Notes under the pieces: generated by a model
What the model saw: the letters and a program-made list of their open reading frames with translations, nothing else
Told to the model about the DNA's origin: nothing
The model's database searches: none
Shown: one piece after another, positions 17,059-26,150 of the stretch
Position numbering within the stretch: position 1 is the stretch's first letter
Layout of the letters: the number at the start of each line of letters is the position of its first letter
Translations under genes and position numbers: made by a program
NCBI GenBank assembly: GCA_037133055.1
Contig: JBAXOY010000018.1
Coordinates: 1 to 36,596 of the forward strand
Direction of reading: 5' to 3'
DNA length: 36,596 nt
Origin: Chlamydiota bacterium
Lineage (GTDB): Bacteria; Auribacterota; Tritonobacteria; UBA1439

Positions 17059-17231
17059 GGCAAAACAGCAGGACTTTCCCCGTTTTTACAGGAAAGGGGC
17101 ACGGGTGAGTTGTTGAGTATGCCCGACAACCGCCCTCACATAGAGAGGGCCTTGACAGTGTCCCGGCTGAAATCGTCGCACGGGCCGTTCTGCCCGCGTG
17201 ATTGAGGGAGTGTCATTGCAGACGTCTTCGA

Positions 17232-18536
17232 TCAGAGCGCCGCGGCCGTCACCGCGAGCGGGTGGTCGAGGATGTCGAGGTACGGCTTCTCGCCGCCGGG
17301 GGCGAAGTTTTCCGGGAAGTAGAAATACGAGATGAACGTGTGCGTGCCGCGTGACACGGCGGTGATGTTGAAGAGGTAGCCGTTGTAGCCCCAGTGCCCC
17401 GCGCCCGATTCGGGGGGATCGCGGGCGTACTTGTCGTCGATATAGAGGAGCTCCTTGCCCATCACGAGGCTCGGCGAGAGCCAGAGACGGCTGATCATCG
17501 CCCCCTGGGGCCCCGAGATCGCGGACCAGGCATAGTAGCCCTTGTTCAAGCCCCTCTCCTCTTTCGACATGACTCCGTCCACGAGGACCGGGGAGAGGTT
17601 CAGCGCGTTGTGGTAGCGCATGCCCGCGGAGGCCTCGTTCCAGTCGCACCCGCTCGTCAGGATCCCCTCGCTGGCGACGGTTCCGACAGTGAACGGCAGG
17701 CTGATGAGCGTCGGCCACTCGATGGAATCCCGGTAGTAGTAGCTGTCGGTCACGCTCGCGGGGGACGGGATGTGGAAAACGATGTTCATGGTGTTGCGGC
17801 ACCGCCGGATCGCGCGGATGGGCCCGTCCTTGTAGCCGACGAGCGCCGACCGCATGTCGTCCTCGGTCCTGCGTACGGTGATCATGGAGAAAAACAGGTT
17901 GAGCCTGAGGCGGAACTTGAACCGGTCGAGCACGTTCGCGGAGGGGCCGTTATTCCCGTCCTTGAAGATGAGGGTGCTGAAGTAGGACTTCATCTCGCCC
18001 GGGGTGTAGCCGATCTCGTAGCAGTCCGCGGTCACGTAGTCTTTCTTTCGATCGTACCTCACATAGCGCCCGCCGGCGAAACGGACCGCCGAAGGGAACG
18101 ACGCGAGGTAGACCCAGCCCGTCGCCCCCGTCAGGGGATCGGCGCACGCGATACCGGCGACCGCGCCGCACTCCCCGGGCAGGTCGCCGCGCGTTGCCTT
18201 TCCGCCGCAGTCCCTGGCCATGAAGACGAGCTCGTCGTTTCCATCCCATTGCCCGTCATCAGGGTTGACCGGTTTCCCGTCGGAGCCCGTGAGCGCCATC
18301 GTGCCGCCCGCGTCGCGTTCGTCGACCTGGAACGGGATCGGGACCGCGCGGCCGCCGTCCATCCGGTAGAGGGCGAGGTTCGCGATCGGGATCCCGTTCA
18401 TGGCGGCGAGGGGAGCTCCCTTCAGGACGACCGGGTCCGACGGCCGGGCGAGGGGCGACGGCTCGCCGCCGGACCCGGCTATCGGCGCATGAGACACGCA
18501 AAGCGACACCAGCAGGGCACACGGGCTCTTTCGCAC
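17232..18536 (-). CDS. Exported hypothetical protein, last gene of the lipid operon
   Basis: Signal-peptide-like N-terminus; DPVVLKG, IPFQVDE, DGNDELVFMARD, DGPIRAIR motifs; GC3-biased codons. Confidence 0.75.
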   Translation of the reverse strand: MRKSPCALLVSLCVSHAPIAGSGGEPSPLARPSDPVVLKGAPLAAMNGIPIANLALYRMDGGRAVPIPFQVDERDAGGTMALTGSDGKPVNPDDGQWDGNDELVFMARDCGGKATRGDLPGECGAVAGIACADPLTGATGWVYLASFPSAVRFAGGRYVRYDRKKDYVTADCYEIGYTPGEMKSYFSTLIFKDGNNGPSANVLDRFKFRLRLNLFFSMITVRRTEDDMRSALVGYKDGPIRAIRRCRNTMNIVFHIPSPASVTDSYYYRDSIEWPTLISLPFTVGTVASEGILTSGCDWNEASAGMRYHNALNLSPVLVDGVMSKEERGLNKGYYAWSAISGPQGAMISRLWLSPSLVMGKELLYIDDKYARDPPESGAGHWGYNGYLFNITAVSRGTHTFISYFYFPENFAPGGEKPYLDILDHPLAVTAAAL

Positions 18537-18572
18537 GGGGCGCTCTTTCGCAGGGGCTCGGATGAGTCTCCG

Positions 18573-19499
18573 TCAGATGTATTCGCGGATAAACGCGGTG
18601 ACGCGCCGCCGGTACTCGTCGGGCGCGAGGTGCACCGCCTCGTTATGCCGCGCGCCCTCGACTATCCAGAGCTCCTTCGAGGCGCGGATGCGGTCATAGA
18701 GCCACGGGGCGAGGCAGGATTCGATGTAGCGGTCCTTCTTCCCGTGTATGACGAAGACGGGGACGGTGGTGTTCCTCCTGAGCGACCACTCCAGCGAGAG
18801 AAGCCTCAGGCCCAGCTTCCGCTGGGACGTTTTCAGTCCGAGAAAGCTCAGGTAGCTGATCAGCCATCCGGGCAGCCTCGTCGCCAGCCACAGGGGGAAA
18901 TAGATTGACGCCCATCGGCGTATGTAGCTCCCCATCGTCGCCATCGTGGAGAAGGCGCCGTCGCAGACGACCGCCTTGACCCCCGGGCCTCTCCCGAGCA
19001 CGCAGAGGCAGGCGGTGGCCCCCCGTGAGACTCCGAAGAGCCCGATATGATCCGGGTCGACGTCGTCCCTCCCCTGGACGTAGGCGATGGCGCCGAGAAG
19101 ATCGTAATACTCGTTCTCGCTCGCCCACTGGGTGGGGTTGTAGTGTTCGTTCTCCTCGGCGTGCTGGCCGCGGAAGTCGAAGGAGAATATCTGGCAGCCC
19201 TCATCGAGGAGAAAGGCGCAGTACCGCTCGTAGGAGTTGAGCCCCGCTCCGACCTCGTGCGCGAAGACGATCGTCCCCTTCGCCTCGCCGGAGCGGCAGG
19301 GGACAAAAATGCCCTTGAGCCCCACGCCGTCAAGGCTGAGGAACTTCACCACCTGCCCGGCGATCTCCCACCGGGTCTGGGGCGGCGCGGAGAGGGTCGA
19401 GTTCAGGAAGATGTTCGTGATGAGGCGGACATAGTGGACCGTAAAATAGTACGCGTATGCCGCCAGCGCGGCGCCTGCCGCGAGGTAAATCCAGATCAT
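18573..19499 (-). CDS. Membrane-anchored alpha/beta hydrolase
   Basis: Start MIWIYL (ATGA overlap); N-terminal TM; FDFRG, GVSRG nucleophile elbow, IHGKKD, GARHN. Confidence 0.88.
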   Translation of the reverse strand: MIWIYLAAGAALAAYAYYFTVHYVRLITNIFLNSTLSAPPQTRWEIAGQVVKFLSLDGVGLKGIFVPCRSGEAKGTIVFAHEVGAGLNSYERYCAFLLDEGCQIFSFDFRGQHAEENEHYNPTQWASENEYYDLLGAIAYVQGRDDVDPDHIGLFGVSRGATACLCVLGRGPGVKAVVCDGAFSTMATMGSYIRRWASIYFPLWLATRLPGWLISYLSFLGLKTSQRKLGLRLLSLEWSLRRNTTVPVFVIHGKKDRYIESCLAPWLYDRIRASKELWIVEGARHNEAVHLAPDEYRRRVTAFIREYI

Positions 19500-20473
19500 C
19501 GCCGTACGCCTCCCGTGACGGCTTCGATGCCGAAGCGCGCCGCGGTGCGCCCCATCCCCTCGTCGAATGTGGCGAGCCGCCCGGCGCAGACCGACGCTGC
19601 CATGTTGCGGCCGCACACCGCGTCATGGCGGGACATCCGCACCTGCTCCAGGTTGAGCTTCCCCTCGGCGCGAAGGAAACGCGCGCAGAGCGCCAGCGCG
19701 CATGCCGCCGGGTAAGGGATCGCGATGATCCCCTTCCCGTTTCCGAGCTGCCGCATGAGCTTCCCGGCCACGTCCCGGAGCATGAGGACTTCCGGCCCGC
19801 CCGCCTCCCATATCTCCCGGCGCGGGCCGTCCGCGAAAATCGCCGCCCGGATGCAGGAGACCAGGTCCGCGACATAGATCGGCTGGATCCGGTTCCGCCC
19901 CCCGCCGACGAGGGGCACCGCGCGCCCGGAGGCCGCGAGGCCCGCGAGCTTCTTCACGATCTTGCTGTCGCGATCCCCCGTCTCCCTCCCGAATATGAGC
20001 GAAGAGCGCACGATCACGTACTCGAGTCCCGAGCGCCTGATCTCCTCCTCCGCCTCCCCCTTCGTGCGCGAGTAGAGGTTCCGCGCCTCCGTGGACGCGC
20101 CGAGGGCGCTCAGGTACACCACCCGTCCGCCCGGCGGAGCCCCTCCCTTCGCGCGAGAATCAACCGCCGCGCGGAACATCCCGACGAGGAGCGCGGTCTT
20201 GGCGGTGTGCATCCCCCGGTAGTCGCCCCTGCGCGGACGCTCGATGCTCCCGAGGAGATGGGCCACCGTCTCCACCCCCTCGAGTGCCGTGCGCAGAGGG
20301 CCGGACTCCTCGATATCGGACTCCACCGCCTCGGCCCCCATCCCGCGGAGGAGTTCTTTCTCCTCCGCGCGGCAGCCCCTCCGCACCAGGGCGCGCACCG
20401 GCGCGCCCTCGCGGCAAAGCCTCTCGACGAGATGCACGCCCACATAGCCGTTCGCTCCGGTGACAAGGATCAT
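19496..20473 (-). CDS. Atypical SDR / NAD(P)-binding protein (NDUFA9-like)
   Basis: True start MILVTGANGYVG overlaps the previous stop; YLSALGA, YSRTKGEAE, IQPIYVADL. Confidence 0.88.
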   Translation of the reverse strand: MILVTGANGYVGVHLVERLCREGAPVRALVRRGCRAEEKELLRGMGAEAVESDIEESGPLRTALEGVETVAHLLGSIERPRRGDYRGMHTAKTALLVGMFRAAVDSRAKGGAPPGGRVVYLSALGASTEARNLYSRTKGEAEEEIRRSGLEYVIVRSSLIFGRETGDRDSKIVKKLAGLAASGRAVPLVGGGRNRIQPIYVADLVSCIRAAIFADGPRREIWEAGGPEVLMLRDVAGKLMRQLGNGKGIIAIPYPAACALALCARFLRAEGKLNLEQVRMSRHDAVCGRNMAASVCAGRLATFDEGMGRTAARFGIEAVTGGVRR

Positions 20474-21456
20474 ATGCCGTTTTTCTTGAACCACGCGACC
20501 GTCTCTTTCAGCGCACGGTCGAAAGGGATCTCCGGCCCGTACTCGAGCTCGCGGCGGGCCTTCGAGATGTCGAAGGTGAGGTGCGCAGTCATGAACTTGA
20601 GCCTGAAACGGTTGAGCAGGGGCGCGGTCTTCAGCCTGAAGAGCTTCGCACTCGTCTCGCACACGGCGCAGACGACGACGGCGACCGGGTACGGGACGTT
20701 CTTCTTCGGCTGCGGGAGGCCGAGCTCGTCCGCCATCCCCGTGATGAGCTCCCTGCGGGTCACCGCGGCCCCGTCGGTGATGTTGTAGACCTGCCCCGCC
20801 GCCTTCGGGCTCTCCGCCGCCTTGAGAAGGCCCTCGGCGAGGTTTTTCGAATAGACGAGGGTGAGCGGAGCCATGCCCCCGCCGATGTAGGCGTAGTTCC
20901 CGCATTTCAGGTACTGCAGGATGCGCGGGAACATCTGGCGGTCGCGCGGGCCGTAGACGTAGGGGGCCCTGATCACGGTGACGGGAAGGCCGGTTTTCTT
21001 GGCGAACTCCATGACCAGTTTTTCCGCCTCGATCTTGGTCGTGTTGTAGTTGTCGCCCGTGAATACGAACGGCGCGGACTCGTCGAGGTTGTCCTGCCTG
21101 CCCATCCCGAGCACCACCATGGAGCTCATGTACACAAACCGTCGCGCGCGCGCCGCCGCGCTCGCATCGAGAAGCCGCCTGAGCCCATCGACGTTGACGC
21201 GGCGCATCTCCTCGAGGCTCGCCCAGTCGCTCACCACCGCCGCGCAGTGAACTACGATATCCACGCCCTTCACCGCGGCGTCGAGCGACGCCCGGTCGTC
21301 GAGTTCGCCCCGCACGAGCTCGACCCCGAGCGATCGGAGAAACGCGGTGTCGCTCGACGCGCGCACGAGCGCGCGCACCGAATGCCCCTTCGCTCTCAGA
21401 AGTTCCGCCAGGCTGCTCCCCACGCACCCCGTCGCCCCGGTCACCAGTGTTTTCAT
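20470..21456 (-). CDS. Extended SDR (3-beta-HSD / epimerase-dehydratase-like)
   Basis: LVTGATGCVG, VHCAA, YMSS, YNTTK, VYGPRD. Confidence 0.92.
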   Translation of the reverse strand: MKTLVTGATGCVGSSLAELLRAKGHSVRALVRASSDTAFLRSLGVELVRGELDDRASLDAAVKGVDIVVHCAAVVSDWASLEEMRRVNVDGLRRLLDASAAARARRFVYMSSMVVLGMGRQDNLDESAPFVFTGDNYNTTKIEAEKLVMEFAKKTGLPVTVIRAPYVYGPRDRQMFPRILQYLKCGNYAYIGGGMAPLTLVYSKNLAEGLLKAAESPKAAGQVYNITDGAAVTRRELITGMADELGLPQPKKNVPYPVAVVVCAVCETSAKLFRLKTAPLLNRFRLKFMTAHLTFDISKARRELEYGPEIPFDRALKETVAWFKKNGI

Positions 21457-21504
21457 AGCCGCCCTTCCCGCAGGTGCGAGCCTCCCCCATCGTCCGATCT
21501 CATG

Positions 21505-22350
21505 TCACGAATGAGAATCGAACCACGCAGCCAGATCATCGAAATACTCCCCCCGGCAGGCGTCGAATTCGAGCGTGTGCCGCGCCTCCGGATACACCTT
21601 GAGCGCCCTGTCCGCGCCCGGGCATTTCTCGAACAGCTTCTTCACTCCCGCGTTATCCACGATCTCGTCGCGTCCCGCGAGCATGAGCAGTGCCGGGACC
21701 CTGAGCGCCCGGAACGACCTCTTCGCGAGGCGCTCGATCTTCCTGCTCTCGAAAAGGAACCTGGCGCTCACGCGCCGGACGCCGAACTGGTCCCCCTCGA
21801 TGTAGTTCCGCTCGTCGGGGTCATCGGTGAAAAGGGCCGGGTCATCCAGGGGTATCGCAAACTCGCGGCCGGCATTCGTGAGGAGCGCGGCCGCGACCCC
21901 GATCTTGGTCAGGAGCCCGAAGTCCCTCAGCGACACGATGCCCGGGGGGGAGAGCACGAGGCTTCGCACCGGTACCCGGCCGGCCGCCGCGACCACGGCG
22001 GCGAGACGCCCGCCCCATGAGATGCCGAGCAGGTGCACCGGCTTCCCCGGGAGCTCCCGGGCCGCCCGGGCGATGAAGTGCTCGACGTCGGCGACCCATC
22101 GGCCGACGCGCGCCGCGCCCCCGGATCCCTCCTCCCGGTTGAGGCCGGAGCCCCGGCGGTCCGGGAAAAGCACCCGATAGCCCCTCCGGGCGAGATGGGC
22201 GCAGGAATCGAGATACCACGCGCTGTGGCTCCGTATGCCGTGCACACAGACCACCGCGCCCTTCGGATTCCTGGGAGCCCACTCCCGGCAGCACAGCGCC
22301 GCCCCGCCCTCGACGACCGTTCGCTTTACCTCGGGCCTGATATCGTCCAT
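21505..22350 (-). CDS. Lysophospholipase-like alpha/beta hydrolase
   Basis: Start MDDIRP; CVHGIRSH, DRRGSG, GISWG, AGRDEIV, EARHTLEF. Confidence 0.9.
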   Translation of the reverse strand: MDDIRPEVKRTVVEGGAALCCREWAPRNPKGAVVCVHGIRSHSAWYLDSCAHLARRGYRVLFPDRRGSGLNREEGSGGAARVGRWVADVEHFIARAARELPGKPVHLLGISWGGRLAAVVAAAGRVPVRSLVLSPPGIVSLRDFGLLTKIGVAAALLTNAGREFAIPLDDPALFTDDPDERNYIEGDQFGVRRVSARFLFESRKIERLAKRSFRALRVPALLMLAGRDEIVDNAGVKKLFEKCPGADRALKVYPEARHTLEFDACRGEYFDDLAAWFDSHS

Positions 22351-22361
22351 GGCACTCTCTT

Positions 22362-23540
22362 TCACTCTGTATCCGTGATTTCGTGCTTCTCCACCGTGTA
22401 GCGGTCCAAAACCCTCCGGTCCACCGTCACCCCGAGGCCCGGTCCCGGCAGCCGCGGCGCCCTCCCCCCGTAGCCGAAGGTGACGTCTTCCGCGGTCAGG
22501 TTCTCCCCGAGCAAATGCCGGTCGTATGATCCTTCCAGGTGCCGGGCATCGGGGCAGAGAAACGCGAACTGCCGCCCCGCGGCCGAGAGTATCCCGCTCT
22601 CCCCCACCTGGCACCCCATCTGGAATCCGATCCCCGCCCCGCGCGCCTCCGCCGCGAGCGCCAGGGAGGCGAAGAGCCCGCCGCACTTCGACAGGCGGAT
22701 ATTCACGAGGTCACACGCGCCCGACGCCGCGGCGCGCCTCAGGTCGGCGCGCGAGCGCAGCGATTCATCCAGCATTATCGGCACCCCCACCTCGCCCCTC
22801 AGCCCCGGGAGCCCGTCCCTGTCCCGCGGGGCGAGCGGCTCCTCCACCGAGGAGACGCCGAAGGCCGCGAGCCGCGGGATCACACGCCGCGCGGCGTCGA
22901 AGTCCCATGCGCCGTTCGCGTCGACCCGCACGTCGATCCCGCGCCCGAGCACCCTCCGCGCCGTTCGAACCAGGGCGACGTCCCTCTCCTCTCCCCATCC
23001 GACCTTGAGCTTCACCGCCGCGAAGCCGTAGAGGCGGTACTTTGCGCAGGACAGCGCGACGGCCCGGAGATCCCCCCCGGAACAGACGGCGCTGTACCGC
23101 ACCCGGTCCCGCGACCCCTCCCGGCGCGGCGCGGGAAACCCGGCCGCCGCCTCTCCCGCGCCGCATCCCCATGCCTTCCCGACGGCGTCGAGAAGGCTTA
23201 AGCCCAGCGCGCATCTCGCCGCGCCCGGGAAGACGTCCCCGTTCCCCTCTTCCGCGGTCTCCCAGGAGCGCAGCGCGCTCACGGCCTCCCCAAGGGACCC
23301 CCAGCCCGCGGAGAGAAACGAGTAATCGAGGCTCCGGAGGTATTCCAACGCCGACTCCGGAGTCTCGCCGGTCACGTACTCCCTCGGAACCCCTTCGCCG
23401 AACCCGCACGCGCCCGTGTCCGTCATCGCTTCGGCCACGATGTTGTCGGCTTCCGCGCGGGAGGCACGGGCATGGCTGAATGCGATTTTGAGCGGCATGC
23501 GCACCCGGTACACGATCAGCCTGGCAACGCGCACTTCCAT
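22362..23540 (-). CDS. Enolase superfamily, muconate-lactonizing-enzyme subgroup, atypical
   Basis: Start MEVRVA; GFGEG, KLKVG, VDANGAW, EEP, LDES; NIRLSKCGG where NIK is usual. Confidence 0.88.
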   Translation of the reverse strand: MEVRVARLIVYRVRMPLKIAFSHARASRAEADNIVAEAMTDTGACGFGEGVPREYVTGETPESALEYLRSLDYSFLSAGWGSLGEAVSALRSWETAEEGNGDVFPGAARCALGLSLLDAVGKAWGCGAGEAAAGFPAPRREGSRDRVRYSAVCSGGDLRAVALSCAKYRLYGFAAVKLKVGWGEERDVALVRTARRVLGRGIDVRVDANGAWDFDAARRVIPRLAAFGVSSVEEPLAPRDRDGLPGLRGEVGVPIMLDESLRSRADLRRAAASGACDLVNIRLSKCGGLFASLALAAEARGAGIGFQMGCQVGESGILSAAGRQFAFLCPDARHLEGSYDRHLLGENLTAEDVTFGYGGRAPRLPGPGLGVTVDRRVLDRYTVEKHEITDTE

Positions 23541-23560
23541 CCCTCCCCTCGCGGCCGCCG

Positions 23561-24322
23561 TCACAAGGGGACGGTGAAATAGCCGAAGCCGTACCCCTGG
23601 TTGCCCCGGTCGAAATCCTTGTCGGTGAGGCCGACGTTCGTGCGGAACTCCTCGTACCGGTATTTTTCCAGGACTTCCCCCTCCCATCCGTAGCTGATGA
23701 TCGAGAGGGGATAGCCCGTCTCCCTGTCCAGTTCGAACAGGGTCAGATGCGCCGGGTACCCCTTCCCCGCGGGCAGCAAGCGCTCAAACTTGCGCGTCGG
23801 CCTCCCCGCGACCTGCCCCTCACCGCAATACCGGACCTTGAGGTCGCCGTTCTTCTTCGCCTGCTCGCAGACCCCGGTGATGAGGGCGACGGTGCTCTCC
23901 ATTCCCGACTCGGTGATCGGCCTTAGATTGTTCCCCATGGCGCGCCAGCCGGCCGGATGGAGCGACACGGTCGGAGCGAAATAGTTCACCATCCCGCCGA
24001 GGTGCACGAGAAGCTTGTTGCCGTATTTTCCTCTTACAAAAAGCGCCTCCCTCCCGTTGTGCATCTCGCCGGTCCATTTCAGATACACGCTGAACGGCTT
24101 CTTGAACTTGAACAGCATCTTCTCCTCGGGCTGGAGCACCCCTCCCACCCGCTGCTGCTTGTGGAAGGTGGTCGTGTAGTCATGGACGGAGACGTAGTGC
24201 GCGCGGGCCGCGGCCAGCATCTCCAGGAGATCGGCTGACTTTCCCTGCTCCGTAAACGCCCGCCCCCCGCCCCACACGAGCCCGCCCAGCACCGCCGCCG
24301 TCACCATCAACAGTCTGCGCAT
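23561..24322 (-). CDS. DUF1571-like exported protein (LolA-like fold inferred)
   Basis: Signal peptide; YTTTFHKQQRVGG, KPFSVYLKW, GREALF, PITESG, NVGLTDKDF. Confidence 0.75.
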   Translation of the reverse strand: MRRLLMVTAAVLGGLVWGGGRAFTEQGKSADLLEMLAAARAHYVSVHDYTTTFHKQQRVGGVLQPEEKMLFKFKKPFSVYLKWTGEMHNGREALFVRGKYGNKLLVHLGGMVNYFAPTVSLHPAGWRAMGNNLRPITESGMESTVALITGVCEQAKKNGDLKVRYCGEGQVAGRPTRKFERLLPAGKGYPAHLTLFELDRETGYPLSIISYGWEGEVLEKYRYEEFRTNVGLTDKDFDRGNQGYGFGYFTVPL

Positions 24323-24356
24323 TTCAGATCCGCATCCGGAGCGGCATGTGTCCGCC

Positions 24357-26093
24357 TCAGCCGCCCCGGTGCGCTCCTTTGTTGGTCTGTGCCTGTACGT
24401 CCGCGCGCGGTTCCGACAACCGGAACCGCGTGCAGTGGTCGGGAAGAGGGCTCAGATACGGATGCTTGTACTGCTCCATCCTCCCCCCGCTCTTCGCGAT
24501 GTGCGCGAGCTTGTCCCGCTCGAACGAGCCGTCCTCGACCAGGCGCACCACGGGCCCGCCGAGCCTCTCCGATTCCCTCTTCCCGCGGTATTCCACATTC
24601 ATCCCCTTGAGGGCGAGATCGAACAGCTCGCCGGCCGCCCGGAGCAGCCTCCCCCCCGCCTCGCCCGAAAAGAGCCCGTCGGCCTGTTCCTCGATGAGGA
24701 TGAAGTAGTGGGGAGGGTCGCCCCATCCCGGGCATACGGTGAACTGCGGGACCGCGAAGCCGAGCCGGCGCTCGCATTCCCGGAACGCCTCCACCACCTG
24801 GTGCTCGGTAATCTTTTCACCCGTGAGGGAGCTTATGCGGCTTCCCTTGTGCAGGAACTTGAGCACCGGGGTGTCGCCGAAGCGACCGGTCACCTGGACC
24901 ACGTCGGAGATATTATACCGGAAGAACCCCGACGAAGTGGTCAGGATAATGAAATAGTTTTTCCCCTCCTCGATCTCGTGCGCGAGAAGCGTCTCCCCCG
25001 CCCCCTCCTCGCCGTAGGGGATGAACTCGAAGAAATGGCTTGCCACATCCAGAACCCCGCCCCTCGCGCCGTCCTCGACCGGGATGGTCATGCGCCCCTC
25101 GGAGGCGATGAGGCCGGGATCCCGGAGCGGCCTGTCCCCCCAGTACGCCGTTACCAGGCCGAGGTACGGCGTGAGCGTCCCGCCCGTCCAGCAGCCGATG
25201 ACGGCGAGCTCGGGCCACGCGTCGCGCGGCAGAAGTTTTCCCTTCTCCGCCAGGGCGCGCTCGAGCTGCCGCGCCCGGGCGGGGTCCTTCCGGAGGAGGC
25301 GGGCGACCGCCTCCCGCAGGCCGGGATCGAGGCGCGCGGCCCCCTCGAACGTCCCGTCATGCAGATCCCTGATGAGCGACGGCGCGTGCTCCTCGAACCG
25401 GCGCCCGAGCGCCACGAGGGTGCTCGGGTTCGCGGCGATCAGGAGGCTTATCTTCTTCTGAAGCGCGAGCCTGAGGATGCACTGGTACTTCGCCCCGTAG
25501 TCCCCGATGCCGTAGATCGCCGGGGGCAGCGCGTATTTCAGATGGGCGATCTTCCTCTGCGATTCGGCGACAAGCCCGGTCGCCGCGCCGCACGGGACGC
25601 CCGAGGGGGTTGCGAACTCCCTGCTCGGCGAGACGACGTGCAGTATCTTGTGCTCGATGGCGGATGAATGGTCCCGCAGGAGGTGCATCCCCCATACAAA
25701 GTTCCCCTCTGCGAGTTCGGCGAGGTAATGCCCCGTCACGGGAACATACTTCGGCGTTGCCGTGGTCCCGCTGGTCATGGCGAACATCAGGAGCTTCTCG
25801 CGGGGAGGGAAGAGGATGTTGCGCTCCCCGGCGACAATACGCTCGACGAGCGGGGAGAGCGCCTGGTAGTCGACGACCGGAACCGCCCTCCGGTAGTCGT
25901 CCGTGGAATTGATGCCGGCGAACCCGTGGCGCCGGCCGTACTCGGTGCCGGCGGCCCGCCCGAGCTTCCGGAGCAGCACGCGCCGCTGGGTATCGGCGCA
26001 CCTCTCCGCGTTCCGGAGAAAGGCCCGGCGGGCTCTCACGCCATGCAGTCTCGCCCACCCGTACACGAGGGGGGTGAGCACGGTGCTATACAT
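24357..26093 (-). CDS. GH3-family acyl-adenylate-forming ligase
   Basis: TEYGRRHGF, VPVVDY, TSGTTATPKYVP, ASEG, HFFEFIP, FRYNISDVV, GEK. Confidence 0.92.
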   Translation of the reverse strand: MYSTVLTPLVYGWARLHGVRARRAFLRNAERCADTQRRVLLRKLGRAAGTEYGRRHGFAGINSTDDYRRAVPVVDYQALSPLVERIVAGERNILFPPREKLLMFAMTSGTTATPKYVPVTGHYLAELAEGNFVWGMHLLRDHSSAIEHKILHVVSPSREFATPSGVPCGAATGLVAESQRKIAHLKYALPPAIYGIGDYGAKYQCILRLALQKKISLLIAANPSTLVALGRRFEEHAPSLIRDLHDGTFEGAARLDPGLREAVARLLRKDPARARQLERALAEKGKLLPRDAWPELAVIGCWTGGTLTPYLGLVTAYWGDRPLRDPGLIASEGRMTIPVEDGARGGVLDVASHFFEFIPYGEEGAGETLLAHEIEEGKNYFIILTTSSGFFRYNISDVVQVTGRFGDTPVLKFLHKGSRISSLTGEKITEHQVVEAFRECERRLGFAVPQFTVCPGWGDPPHYFILIEEQADGLFSGEAGGRLLRAAGELFDLALKGMNVEYRGKRESERLGGPVVRLVEDGSFERDKLAHIAKSGGRMEQYKHPYLSPLPDHCTRFRLSEPRADVQAQTNKGAHRGG

Positions 26094-26150
26094 TATCCGG
26101 TTCCAGTGAGGAGCGGGTCCGCCCGGGGGATCCCCGAAAACCCCGCCGCG

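Noticed and set aside
14130..17090. Low-GC segment as a mobile element or prophage
   Set aside because: No integrase, transposase, terminal repeats or tRNA target seen.
16820..17100. c-di-GMP-I riboswitch upstream of the kinase-pilus operon
   Set aside because: I could not find the GGCAAAC...GAAA...GACGCAAAGC core on either strand.
19496..21490. 664-aa ORF as one fused protein
   Set aside because: Its first 339 codons overlap the real SDR at 20470-21456 in another frame; the real start is ATG 20473 in an ATGA overlap.
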